From IMG/VR virus record IMGVR_UViG_3300025000_000055: a stretch of 64,000 bases of DNA; one strand, 5' to 3'. Within the stretch, counting starts at the first letter, position 1, and every line of letters begins with the position of its first letter. Position numbers and translations under genes: made by a program. Source of the stretch: a virus (Duplodnaviria > Caudoviricetes). This document shows, in pieces, positions 48,101 to 57,543 of this stretch. The notes below the pieces were generated by a model. That model did no database searches and had not been told where the DNA came from. It worked only from the letters and a program-made list of their open reading frames with translations.

Positions 48101-49713
48101 GTGAAAAGACTAAAACCAAAATATTAACTGGTTCTAAATCATATTATAGTAAATATTCTGAAGAAACTATTCGTGAAATTTGTTATCTATTACAGAAAGG
48201 TAAAAGTAGGAAATATATTAAAAATAAGCTTAATTTACTTAATACGAGGATAATAATAAATATCCAAGAAGGTACAACATGGAAACACATTTCTTCCCAA
48301 TATGTAATAATTTATGTCCCACATCATATCATACACAACAAAATAAAAAGTTCAACGACTATCAAAAACTTATTCACCATTAAAATAAATATTGGTGAAT
48401 AAAGTGAGTAGAGTAGGGCCTAAGTAGGTGGGTGAAATTCCCTTAAATCGAAATAGGAAGCCACCCAAGAGGGTGAAGATATAGTCTGGTACCCTAGTGA
48501 AAACTAGGGAAGTTCATAAAAAGAACTGCGTAGAGTAACGATTTACGTGAACACCAGGAACTCGGGTCATTTTTCGCGTATGGTCATGCTGCTAGTTTCA
48601 AGTATTAATTTATCAAAAACTGTTGAATCATGTAATAGTGTACATCCAATAAAAATTGAATTATCTTCTAAAGAACATTTGATAAGAATGAGAGGTCGAT
48701 ATTATAGAACTATGTATTCTAGAAATTATCAATTGTTAAAAGGAGATGAATATAATTTAATAAATAAAACTATTTTTATTAAATCACCTGCTACATGTGC
48801 ATGTAAAGATGGTATATGTAAAATGTGTTATGGTGACTTATCATATATAAATAAAGATATTACAATAGGTGCATTTGCTGGTACAAAAATTACAGAACCA
48901 GTATCGCAAAATATTTTATCATCTAAACACTTATTAACAACTAAATCACAAAAAATAGAATTCAATGAAGAATTTTATAAGTTTTTTAATATAAGTGGTA
49001 ATGAAATAATTATCAATGCAAGTGAAGAAAATGATGATTTAGATGATTTTAGTTTACTTATAATTAAATCTAATATTAAAACAATTGCTGATTATGATGA
49101 TAATGATATGGAATTTAATGAATATATAAATCTATTTCATGTATATAATAAGAAAACTGGTGAAATGATTGAAATAAAAGAAACTGGGGAAAAAGATTTA
49201 TATATATCACCTGAATTAAGAAAATTATTTAAGAAGAAAAGTAAGAAAGAAGTTTATGAAATTGATTTTAAAACACTTGATGATGACAATAGAATATTTG
49301 TTATTGAAGTAATTAATAATGAGTTAACTAGACCATTATATGATATTATTCGTTTAATCGATAGAGTTGATTATAGAATTATACATTGGGACTGTGTAAC
49401 AATTGACCAAATGTGTCAAAAGATGTTGGATCTATTAATAGAATCAGAGATTAATTCTGATTCTGTTCATGGTGAATTAATTTTAACACCATTGTTAAGG
49501 GATAAAGAAAATATATTAGAAAGACCTAAATTTAATAGATATTTTAATGATGATAGATACCAAATTCTAACAGTTAAAGCTGCTTTAGAAAAACATCCTT
49601 CAGTATTAGTCGGTTTATCATTCCAAGCACTTGATAGACAATTAACAAATCCATTAACATTTAGAAAGAAAGAAAGCTCATTTATTGATCCTTTCTTTAA
49701 AGAAAGACCATAG
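45160..49713 (+). CDS. rpoC: RNA polymerase beta-prime C-terminal half; spliced, exons 45160-45859, 46898-46997, 47323-47365, 48559-49713 (665 aa)
   Basis: Joins restore SSG|LKPTLSGNTIP, YYIDSL|GGRKSLI and EMG|NSGHFSR (bridge helix); Zn site C..C....IC..CYG; exon total 1998 nt is in frame. Confidence 0.9.
45860..46897 (+). mobile_element. group I intron with HNH-AP2 endonuclease
   Basis: P1 GGGT|T pairs with AGCCC; AATCAGCAGC, TTCAACGACTA, GATATAGTCT; terminal G at 46897. Confidence 0.88.
45962..46744 (+). CDS. intron-encoded HNH endonuclease with AP2-like DNA-binding domain
   Basis: HVHRLIMG, VDHIFHDSLDNRRLNLR, KSGIQGVYF..YIAEV. Confidence 0.85.
   Translation: MVLILKLVSVDYYKKERQYTITFFKNKNGYKTRTKRFTYSENTHGPFTKFLAMYTAKTGKRLYHWFVTDGIYTSVFIYNKTYGIKRMLIDNEFIDIVRNHKINIVKNKTGQDIFYAIIKMNGRNIHVHRLIMGLGKYNNDPVDHIFHDSLDNRRLNLRICTPSINNRNSRLRVDNKSGIQGVYFSKHRKTYIAEVRDLNGKKIRKHFKIKHNGREKAIELAKQWRDEMVEEYYERKSAAKPEFQERSTTIKSMFIINIKI
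46998..47322 (+). ncRNA. ORF-less group I intron (325 nt)
   Basis: P1 CCCT|A pairs with TGGGG; AATCCGCAGC, TTCAACGACTA, GAAGATATAGTCT; terminal G at 47322. Confidence 0.9.
47366..48558 (+). mobile_element. group I intron with HNH endonuclease
   Basis: P1 TGGGT|A pairs with TGCCCA; same core motifs; terminal G at 48558. Confidence 0.88.
47575..48402 (+). CDS. intron-encoded HNH homing endonuclease, paralog of 27021-27905
   Basis: [46 protein letters not shown]. Confidence 0.9.
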   Translation: [275 protein letters not shown]

Positions 49714-49878
49714 AATTATTATATTAAAAATGTGGTGATAATATGAATAAAAAAGAATTAATACAAACTGAACAAATATCAGAGCTTTTTAATGTATAAC
49801 CTTCATCTAAAACCCAAATATTATTATTTCATACAGGGGAACCTTTGAGAATGTATATAATAAAATAAAATTTTATTT

Positions 49879-50508
49879 ATGAGAAGGAGTTGTTTTTTAA
49901 TGAAAGGGGATTTTATAAAAGTAAAAGTTGATGAGTACTTAGATATTGAGTATAAAAATACCGATTTAAATGGTAATGAAATTATACCTGATTGTTTCAA
50001 TGTCTTATCTTCAGACACAGTTATTACTACTATTAATTTCCAGGATATAATTGATACGGGGGAAGTTAGAGCTAATATCAATGAATTAGCTTTATTGAAA
50101 ATAGTTGAAATACGTTTAAAAGAAATTCAAAAAAAATCAATTAATTATAATATTGAAGATAAAATTATTACTATATGTATTGAAACAGCAATAAATATTA
50201 TACATGATGTAAAAAAAGTTACAGAATATCCCCCTAAAAACTCAATGAAACAGCGTTTAATAGAATGCTATGAGGATGCTGTTAGAAATAAAATAAAATA
50301 TATTGGGTATGTTATTACTTTAACTACTAATAATATGGATATAGAGTGTAAGATTTCTACAGTAGAAAAGTTTCAGACTAATATACAATATTTAAATAGT
50401 TTTAATAAGGATTTAGTTAAAATGGGTAATAAACATCTTAAAATAACAACATTTTGTTCCGGAAATTCATTTAGTGAAATAGAAGAAAAAATAAATAAAT
50501 TTAAATAA
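49879..50508 (+). CDS. hypothetical protein
   Basis: 209 aa ORF. Confidence 0.65.
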   Translation: MRRSCFLMKGDFIKVKVDEYLDIEYKNTDLNGNEIIPDCFNVLSSDTVITTINFQDIIDTGEVRANINELALLKIVEIRLKEIQKKSINYNIEDKIITICIETAINIIHDVKKVTEYPPKNSMKQRLIECYEDAVRNKIKYIGYVITLTTNNMDIECKISTVEKFQTNIQYLNSFNKDLVKMGNKHLKITTFCSGNSFSEIEEKINKFK

Positions 50509-50510
50509 GG

Positions 50511-50963
50511 ATGAATATATTAATGAATGGTTCTATTAAAAAAGAAACTTTTACTTTAAAATTAGCAAGAGAAATTGGAAAACCTGATAAAAATAATGTA
50601 CTTATTAGTGAAGAAATTTGGATTAATTCTTTAAACGGATATATTAAAGAATTAATAGAAAAAAATAGTTTTTTCATTACTTTAGGTAAAGAAGAACCAT
50701 TTCATGTTGATTTGTTAAAAGCTGTTGCTAGAATAAAAGAAATAAATGATAAATATGCTGTTATTGAATTAATTAAAAATTCTAATAGTATTAAGAATTT
50801 AATTGAAACTATTGGAATTGATAATTTGAGGTTAAATTTTAACACTTATTTTAAATATGAAGAAAAAAGTAATTTAAAAGTTGTAACTGAACTTAAATTA
50901 GGAACTTTTTATATAGATTATATGAATGGTGGTCCAAGCCAAAAAATAAGAGGAGATGTATAA
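50511..50963 (+). CDS. hypothetical protein
   Basis: 150 aa ORF. Confidence 0.65.
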   Translation: MNILMNGSIKKETFTLKLAREIGKPDKNNVLISEEIWINSLNGYIKELIEKNSFFITLGKEEPFHVDLLKAVARIKEINDKYAVIELIKNSNSIKNLIETIGIDNLRLNFNTYFKYEEKSNLKVVTELKLGTFYIDYMNGGPSQKIRGDV

Positions 50964-51951
50964 TATGAAAAAACCACATCTTTCTGTACAATATAAAAAA
51001 GATTTAGGTTGTGTTTTACCAAATAAATTTGATATTATATCAAAAGTTGGTAATTATGATGATGTAAAAGTTATTAATACTATTAAATTTCAGGAAGGTT
51101 CTGTTGAGGAATTTGGAATTAATGGTGTTACTGAAGAGAGTTTATTATCTGTATTAATGATAAGATTTGAAGAACTTCAAAAAAGTCCTCTTTCTTGTGA
51201 AAAATATCAATTATCATTAGAATTAGTAAATACATTATTACAATTATTAACAAAAACAGATGAAAATTATCTAGTTCAAAATAATATAAGTAAAACAATT
51301 CTAAATCTTTTACTTGAAAAAAGAAAAGAAATTAAAGAAGAAATATTAACTAGAAAAATAACTCCAAAACAGAGACTACTTAATCTTATTGATGATGCTA
51401 TTAAATTAAATAAAAAACTTATTTCTATTTGTTATAGTTATAAGGAAGATAGTTCTTCTATTAAATCTAATAATAATACTAAATATATAGTAAATCATAC
51501 TACTAGAGTTTATGATATGATAGAATTTATATTAACTTCTTTTAATGATGAATTAAAGAATAAAATAAATTTTAACGAAAAAATAATTAGTTTTTGTTAC
51601 AGTGAACCTCAGTATTCAAAACATATTGAAGAATTACTGTTATCTAATCTATATAAAGTTGATAAAATACCTAAAAATTGTTTACTTAGTTGTATGAATG
51701 AAGTATTCAATAATGGATTTAAAAATAAATGTTTTGATTATTTAAAAAGAGATGAAAAAGGTTTGATACATCATATTAGAATTATGGGTGAAAAAGTTTA
51801 TCTAAGAGAATTAGAATATATTACCCTTTGCTATGATGATGAATTGAATAATATCTTTTTTAAAGATATTATGATTTTTGGTTTTTATTCAAATCAATAC
51901 AGTAATTTTAATGACGTTATAGAAATAATGAAAAAAAGTAGATTTTATTAA
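50956..51951 (+). CDS. Tad1-like (anti-Thoeris sponge) domain fused to an unknown C-terminal domain
   Basis: TIKFQEG..EEFGINGVTEESLL..L..R...LQ..P.SC resembles the Tad1 core TIKFQKG..GV...DLL....DRL..FQ.GPFS. Confidence 0.5.
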   Translation: MYNMKKPHLSVQYKKDLGCVLPNKFDIISKVGNYDDVKVINTIKFQEGSVEEFGINGVTEESLLSVLMIRFEELQKSPLSCEKYQLSLELVNTLLQLLTKTDENYLVQNNISKTILNLLLEKRKEIKEEILTRKITPKQRLLNLIDDAIKLNKKLISICYSYKEDSSSIKSNNNTKYIVNHTTRVYDMIEFILTSFNDELKNKINFNEKIISFCYSEPQYSKHIEELLLSNLYKVDKIPKNCLLSCMNEVFNNGFKNKCFDYLKRDEKGLIHHIRIMGEKVYLRELEYITLCYDDELNNIFFKDIMIFGFYSNQYSNFNDVIEIMKKSRFY

Positions 51952-52099
51952 AATAATTATGTATTAATAAGTCATAGTTTATAGTATGTAAGTTATAATA
52001 TAAACTATGACTTATTTTTTTATAAAGAATTTAAATATATATTATAATAGTAGATTTAATTTTATAATAAATTATTTAAATTCTGAGGGGGAATATAAA

Positions 52100-52360
52100 A
52101 TGGCAGGTAGAGGAACAGTAAGGGCTTTAATGAATTTAGTAAGTGATTTTTGTGAAGTTCATGAAGAAAAGTATAGGGTTGTTAAATTAAAAGAAAGAAT
52201 TAAATTTACTCGAAATATTAGAGGCGGTTCTTTGGATGATTTAAAAAATGGGGTATTATATTTATTTGAAAAAAGTCATTCTGGTGATTGTCTTTGTCTA
52301 TTAAATGATAGCCATTTAGTAATCGTTGATAGAAGAGATATTTTAGATATAATTTGTTAA
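52100..52360 (+). CDS. hypothetical early protein
   Basis: ATG 52100 after GAGGGGG; early promoter at 52033. Confidence 0.65.
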   Translation: MAGRGTVRALMNLVSDFCEVHEEKYRVVKLKERIKFTRNIRGGSLDDLKNGVLYLFEKSHSGDCLCLLNDSHLVIVDRRDILDIIC

Positions 52361-52383
52361 ATTTTATTGGGGGAGATGGGATA

Positions 52384-54345
52384 ATGTATAAATTTAAAGA
52401 ATTAAATTTACCGATTCATAATTATAAAGATGAAATTTTATCAGCAATTAAAGAAAACCCTGTTGTAATTATTACTGCTGAAACAGGTGCAGGTAAATCA
52501 ACTCAAGTTCCTAAGTTCCTTATGGAAGAGGGATATAGAGTAGTTATAACTCAGCCTCGAAAAATTAGTTGTACAACCTTAGCGTTAAGGGTGAGTGAAG
52601 AAATTGGTTGTCAAATTGGTACAAGAGTTGGGTATCGTACAGCATACGAGAGAAAATGTAATAATGATACTGAAATATTATTTTGTACAGACGGACTTCA
52701 ACTTGTTCGTGAAATAAACAACAGTGTTAAAACAGACGTACTTATAATAGATGAAGTTCATGAATGGAATATAAATATTGAAACTCTAGTTGCATGGACT
52801 CATAAACAAATAGAAGAGGGTTGGTCGATAAAAGTTGTACTAATGAGTGCAACTCTTGAATCAGATGAACTAGCAACATTTTATGGTAATAATACTCCTA
52901 TTATAAAAGTACCAGGAAGACTTTTTAATGTTGTAACTCGGGAAGATTCACACTACAGATTAATTTATAATATTGAAAATCTTATTAAAGAAGGTCGTAA
53001 TGTTCTTGTGTTTTTACCAGGTAAAAAAGAAATTGATGAAACTTGTGATGAATTAAAACATTTCGATGCTGTTATTTTACCTCTTCATGCTGAACTTGAT
53101 TTAATTGAACAAGAAAAATGTTTTTTATCTTATGAACAACCTAAGGTTGTGGTTGCTACAAATGTTGCTCAAACTTCTATAACCATTCCAGATATTGATG
53201 CAGTTGTTGATTCTGGTATAGAAAGAAGAGTTGAGTTAGTTGACAATATAGAGGGGTTATATTTAAAAGATATTAGTCAGGCTGATTGTTTACAACGTAA
53301 AGGTAGAGCTGGGAGAGTTAAAGAAGGTATTTATATACTTTGCTCAGATACATCATTTGAAGAACGCCCAGTTTTTTCAACATCTGAAATAAATAGAACA
53401 AGATTAGATCAATTAGTATTACGTCTTGCTGTTGTTGGTATTGATGTAACAAAATTAGAATTCTTTCATCAGCCAGATATAGAAGTTCTTCTTGAAGCTA
53501 AAAGAAGTCTTCATGTTTTAGGTGCTATGTCATCGGATGATAAAGTAACTGATATTGGTAAACTTATGGCAAAACTACCAGTATCAGTTTATACTGCAAG
53601 AATGATTGTTGAAGCAAATAAACTTGGGGTTGTTGACGATGTGATAACTATTGCATCAATATTAGAAACAAATAGAGGTACTATTCGGGATAGAAATAAT
53701 AAATGGATATTTTATACATCAGAACGTGAAAGTGATTTGCTTGTAGAACTTGATTTATGGAATTTAGCACAAGGTAAATTAGCAAAAGAACTACCTGAAT
53801 TTGGTATATTCAAAAAGTCTTTTTATAATGCAAGAGAAATTCGTAATAAGTTGTATAAATCATTAAATGGTTTAGTAACATTTGGTTCTAATGGAGAAAG
53901 AGAATCTATCAAACAATCATGTATTGCAGGTATGATAGACCATTTATACATTAATAATCTTGGTTTATATATAAATAGTAATAGTATTGTTCCAAGATTA
54001 TTGTCAAAAGACAGTGTTGTTAAAGATAGTAGTAAATTAATTGTAGGATTACCTAAAGATATTCAATTTACTGATAGGTGGGGATATAGACGTACTATAA
54101 ATTTAGTTTCAATGATTACAAAAGTTAATACAGAGCAATTATTCAAAGCCGCACCACAACTTGTTCAAGTTGAAGAAGGTATTAAACCTTATTATAATTT
54201 TGAACAAGATTCATGTTATTCAACAAAAAAAATTTTGTTTAAAGATCAATTAATTAAAGAAGAGGATGTTGCAAGCCCAGAACATGAAAAAGCAAATGAA
54301 TTATTTATTGATTGGCTTGCTACTGTTAACAATATTATTATATAA
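52384..54345 (+). CDS. DEAH-box RNA helicase, HrpA/HrpB-like
   Basis: AETGAGKST, TQPR, DEVH, MSAT, FLPG, ATNVAQTSITIPDI, QRKGRAGR, HA2-like region. Confidence 0.9.
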   Translation: MYKFKELNLPIHNYKDEILSAIKENPVVIITAETGAGKSTQVPKFLMEEGYRVVITQPRKISCTTLALRVSEEIGCQIGTRVGYRTAYERKCNNDTEILFCTDGLQLVREINNSVKTDVLIIDEVHEWNINIETLVAWTHKQIEEGWSIKVVLMSATLESDELATFYGNNTPIIKVPGRLFNVVTREDSHYRLIYNIENLIKEGRNVLVFLPGKKEIDETCDELKHFDAVILPLHAELDLIEQEKCFLSYEQPKVVVATNVAQTSITIPDIDAVVDSGIERRVELVDNIEGLYLKDISQADCLQRKGRAGRVKEGIYILCSDTSFEERPVFSTSEINRTRLDQLVLRLAVVGIDVTKLEFFHQPDIEVLLEAKRSLHVLGAMSSDDKVTDIGKLMAKLPVSVYTARMIVEANKLGVVDDVITIASILETNRGTIRDRNNKWIFYTSERESDLLVELDLWNLAQGKLAKELPEFGIFKKSFYNAREIRNKLYKSLNGLVTFGSNGERESIKQSCIAGMIDHLYINNLGLYINSNSIVPRLLSKDSVVKDSSKLIVGLPKDIQFTDRWGYRRTINLVSMITKVNTEQLFKAAPQLVQVEEGIKPYYNFEQDSCYSTKKILFKDQLIKEEDVASPEHEKANELFIDWLATVNNIII

Positions 54346-54354
54346 AACTAAAGG

Positions 54355-55380
54355 ATGTGTAATATCATGGATATACTTTCTATAATAGAATCAAATCGTA
54401 AAATACAGAAAGAAGCCAATATATTTAATATTCAAGCTGGGGAAGAAGTATTTCATATAATGACTAATTCTGAATGGAAAAGTCATTTAAAAAATATATT
54501 AAATGGTGCTAGGAATGTATCAGAAATTAAAGACTTAAATATACTTAAGATTCCACAACTAGATTCTGAGATGATAAAAATCATCTCAGAATATAATCCT
54601 AATACTATTACCATTGATGATCAAGTTTTAAATATAGAGTATAGTAAAACATGTGATAGGTTCTATGTTCTAACTAATGTTGATGAAGAATTTGCACGAA
54701 AAACTTCTTTAGAAAATATAAAACTTCCTGGAGGACGTATTGTTGAAATATGTTGCAATGGTTTATCATCTAATAATTTTATAGATTTAGTAAAAAAACT
54801 TGAGGACGAAAGAATACAAAGACGTTGGTCACAAGTTTCTAGTATGCATGAAAAATGGACATCTAATTTAAGTACAGTTCTAGAATGGATACCAAAAGTT
54901 TCAACTAAAGTTGAAATTACACGTGATGAAAATGGTGAATCAATTGTTGGTTTTCTATCATTGAAACATGAACATAATGGTTGGACATTATTTATTACAA
55001 ATAATGAACAAAAACTAACAGAAGAAATTCAAGAGGTTATTGAACAAATATTATACAAATATATTGAAAAAAGCTTTATGATTCCTAAAGAAGAACCTTG
55101 GTATAAAGATAATGGAGGAGTGTTCTTTACAAACTGGGTGTTAACCGAATTGGGTGAACAATTACAAGATAAGTATAATACAATTATATGTACTAATGAC
55201 TATAATAAAAATTTATCTATTAATAATGTAATATATAAAATTAATGAAATTAAACAAATTTCTATCTCTATTAAAAATGAGATTGAATTTGGTGTAAATG
55301 GTAATAAAATAGAGGATTTAAAATCTTCTGTAGAATTATTGAGAGACTCTTTTAATGCAAATAAATGTTACAAAAAGTAA
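54355..55380 (+). CDS. hypothetical protein, possibly the detached C-terminus of the helicase
   Basis: Same frame as the helicase, 9 nt after its stop; weak RBS. Confidence 0.55.
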   Translation: MCNIMDILSIIESNRKIQKEANIFNIQAGEEVFHIMTNSEWKSHLKNILNGARNVSEIKDLNILKIPQLDSEMIKIISEYNPNTITIDDQVLNIEYSKTCDRFYVLTNVDEEFARKTSLENIKLPGGRIVEICCNGLSSNNFIDLVKKLEDERIQRRWSQVSSMHEKWTSNLSTVLEWIPKVSTKVEITRDENGESIVGFLSLKHEHNGWTLFITNNEQKLTEEIQEVIEQILYKYIEKSFMIPKEEPWYKDNGGVFFTNWVLTELGEQLQDKYNTIICTNDYNKNLSINNVIYKINEIKQISISIKNEIEFGVNGNKIEDLKSSVELLRDSFNANKCYKK

Positions 55381-55469
55381 CTTTATCTTTTAGATGGATA
55401 TTAATTTAATCAATGTATATAGTTATATATCCATCTAAATATAAAGTTATTCATATAAATAATTTAAAA

Positions 55470-55966
55470 TATATAAAATATTAAAAAGGAGTTGTTCTAT
55501 AATGTTATCTCATCAGGTTGTATCAGTTTTTATTATCAACGACAAAAATGAAATTTTATTAATTAATCATAAGAAACTTAATGCTTGGCTTCCTCCAGGT
55601 GGTCATGTAGAGCATGAAAAAAATGAATTAATTCATCATGCTGCAATTAGAGAAGTGCTGGAAGAGACGGGTATCCACTTTAAATTTATAAGTGGAGGAA
55701 AAGGTAATATGGATAAAATATTGGGACCATTACCTTTACCTTCATTTATTCAACTAAAAGATTTAGGAGATCATTATCACGAAGATTTTATTTATGTTGG
55801 GTTGTTTGTTTCAAATGATATCCCTAAAGAAGATACAGAGATGAGATGGTTTAATAAAGAAAGTATTAATTCAATTAATACTTTTGAAAATGTTAGAAGA
55901 CACTTACAAATAATTTGTAATAGATACTTTATTTAATGTATATAAAATATTAAAAAGGAGTTGTTC
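55470..55966 (+). repeat. 28-bp direct repeat flanking the Nudix gene (55470-55497 and 55939-55966)
   Basis: TATATAAAATATTAAAAAGGAGTTGTTC, two identical copies. Confidence 0.9.
55502..55936 (+). CDS. Nudix hydrolase
   Basis: PGGHVE...HHAAIREVLEETG Nudix box. Confidence 0.88.
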   Translation: MLSHQVVSVFIINDKNEILLINHKKLNAWLPPGGHVEHEKNELIHHAAIREVLEETGIHFKFISGGKGNMDKILGPLPLPSFIQLKDLGDHYHEDFIYVGLFVSNDIPKEDTEMRWFNKESINSINTFENVRRHLQIICNRYFI

Positions 55967-56085
55967 CTTTAATTCGTATGATTATATTATTCAATTATAT
56001 ATTATAAAATTATAATAAGGTATAGTGCAACCAAAATATACAATTATTATATCTTATTAAAAAATAAAAAGGGGGGTTTTTAAGT

Positions 56086-56847
56086 ATGAAAAAGAAATTA
56101 TTAGTAAATATCATTGTTATTGTTTGGATGTTATCTATTTGTGGTAGTGTTTTTGCAAATCAACAAATAGGTATTAAAATCGATCTTATCACTAGAGATT
56201 TTACCACAACACCACTTGTAATGGAAAACGGAACTGTATTAGTTCCTGTTAAACCCGTCGCTAGTGCATTTAGAGGAACTGTTAAGGGGACTGTTAATAC
56301 TTGTTATGTTTATATAAACCATGGTAACAAATGTGTTGTCTTAAATCCTACTAACATAGGAGAATATTATTTACAAGAAGGTGAATATGTAAAAAAGAAT
56401 GATAGACCAATTGAAGGAAAAGTAATAAATGAAAATTTGTATGTTCCTGTGAGAGACTTTGTTGAATCTCTTGATGGTAGAGTTTTATGGGATAGTTCTA
56501 AAAATACTGTAATGATATATACTGATTCTGCTGACATGAATTATTATTTAAGTAAACAAAAATTAGAACCATCTGTAAATATATCAACAAATATGCATTC
56601 CAATAATTCAAATAGTAATTTACCATTAGATAAGAATGGTAATGAAATTCAAATTGGTGACTTGGTATCATCTGGTGCTTTTTATGGAAAAGTTCAAGAA
56701 ATAAAAGGAAATAGAGTATTGGTTTACTGGGATAGTAAATCAATATTTGTTAAGGATGAGGATGTTGATTTTTGGTCAATGCTTGCAGGAGTTAGGTATA
56801 AATCTAGTAATTGGATAGATTCGGATAAATTATTAATCGAAAGATAA
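56086..56847 (+). CDS. secreted protein with copper amine oxidase N-terminal (stalk) domain
   Basis: Signal peptide ending VFA; VLVPVKPVA and LYVPVRDFVESLDGRVLWD. Confidence 0.75.
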   Translation: MKKKLLVNIIVIVWMLSICGSVFANQQIGIKIDLITRDFTTTPLVMENGTVLVPVKPVASAFRGTVKGTVNTCYVYINHGNKCVVLNPTNIGEYYLQEGEYVKKNDRPIEGKVINENLYVPVRDFVESLDGRVLWDSSKNTVMIYTDSADMNYYLSKQKLEPSVNISTNMHSNNSNSNLPLDKNGNEIQIGDLVSSGAFYGKVQEIKGNRVLVYWDSKSIFVKDEDVDFWSMLAGVRYKSSNWIDSDKLLIER

Positions 56848-57012
56848 ATTTTTAATAATAAAAGAACTTTTAATTAAGTTCTTTTATTTTTTTAGGTATT
56901 ATTATGTATTTTAAATATATATTATTTCATTGAATAAAATATTATTCCCACAATAAGGGGAAATAAATATACTTATTGTATATATCTAAGAAGATATATT
57001 TATAGGAGGTAA

Positions 57013-57090
57013 ATGAATTTTATTTCTTCATTTTTAATCTCGTTAATTTGTTTCTATGTTCCATATATGTTTTTTAAAATTATATTTTAA
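57013..57090 (+). CDS. 25-aa hydrophobic peptide
   Basis: AGGAGGT RBS; MNFISSFLISLICFYVPYMFFKIIF; early promoter at 56913. Confidence 0.45.
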   Translation: MNFISSFLISLICFYVPYMFFKIIF

Positions 57091-57102
57091 GGGGGACTAA
57101 AA

Positions 57103-57543
57103 ATGAGTTCTATGTCTACTCATCAATATGTAATTATAACTTTACCCAGTTCTATATATGATGCAGATAGAGAAATAGCTGCATCATCATTAAAGAATTA
57201 TGTTTATCAATTTTGCCAAAAGTATTTTATAACTCCGGCTAAATTTCCTGTAGACTTTCACAGTACTTATAATAAATGTCCAGAATATTATTGCGATGGT
57301 AGCAATTCGTTTGAGCTCATTGATTCGAATTATGAAGGGGAATGGTTAATTTCTAAAAAAGAAAAAGTGAAATTAGCCGTAGCTATTGAAACAAATCTAC
57401 CATGTGAGAATATAGTTAAACTGTATGAACTGAACCTTATTCAAGGATTCTCAGTTCATGTGTTTGGTTCTATCTTCCTCCATAATAATATAACAGGTTT
57501 AGTAACAAAGTTGTTTAAAATAATTAATGAAAAAAAACATTAA
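57103..57543 (+). CDS. hypothetical protein
   Basis: GGGGG RBS; 146 aa. Confidence 0.65.
   Translation: MSSMSTHQYVIITLPSSIYDADREIAASSLKNYVYQFCQKYFITPAKFPVDFHSTYNKCPEYYCDGSNSFELIDSNYEGEWLISKKEKVKLAVAIETNLPCENIVKLYELNLIQGFSVHVFGSIFLHNNITGLVTKLFKIINEKKH

Noticed and set aside
48547-49713. 388-aa ORF as a separate RNAP subunit starting at GTG 48547
   Set aside because: The GTG lies inside the intron 3' end with no RBS; splicing at 48558/48559 restores the bridge helix
54340-54357. Programmed stop read-through between the helicase and the next ORF
   Set aside because: Two TAA stops in series make read-through implausible; kept only as a possible split gene
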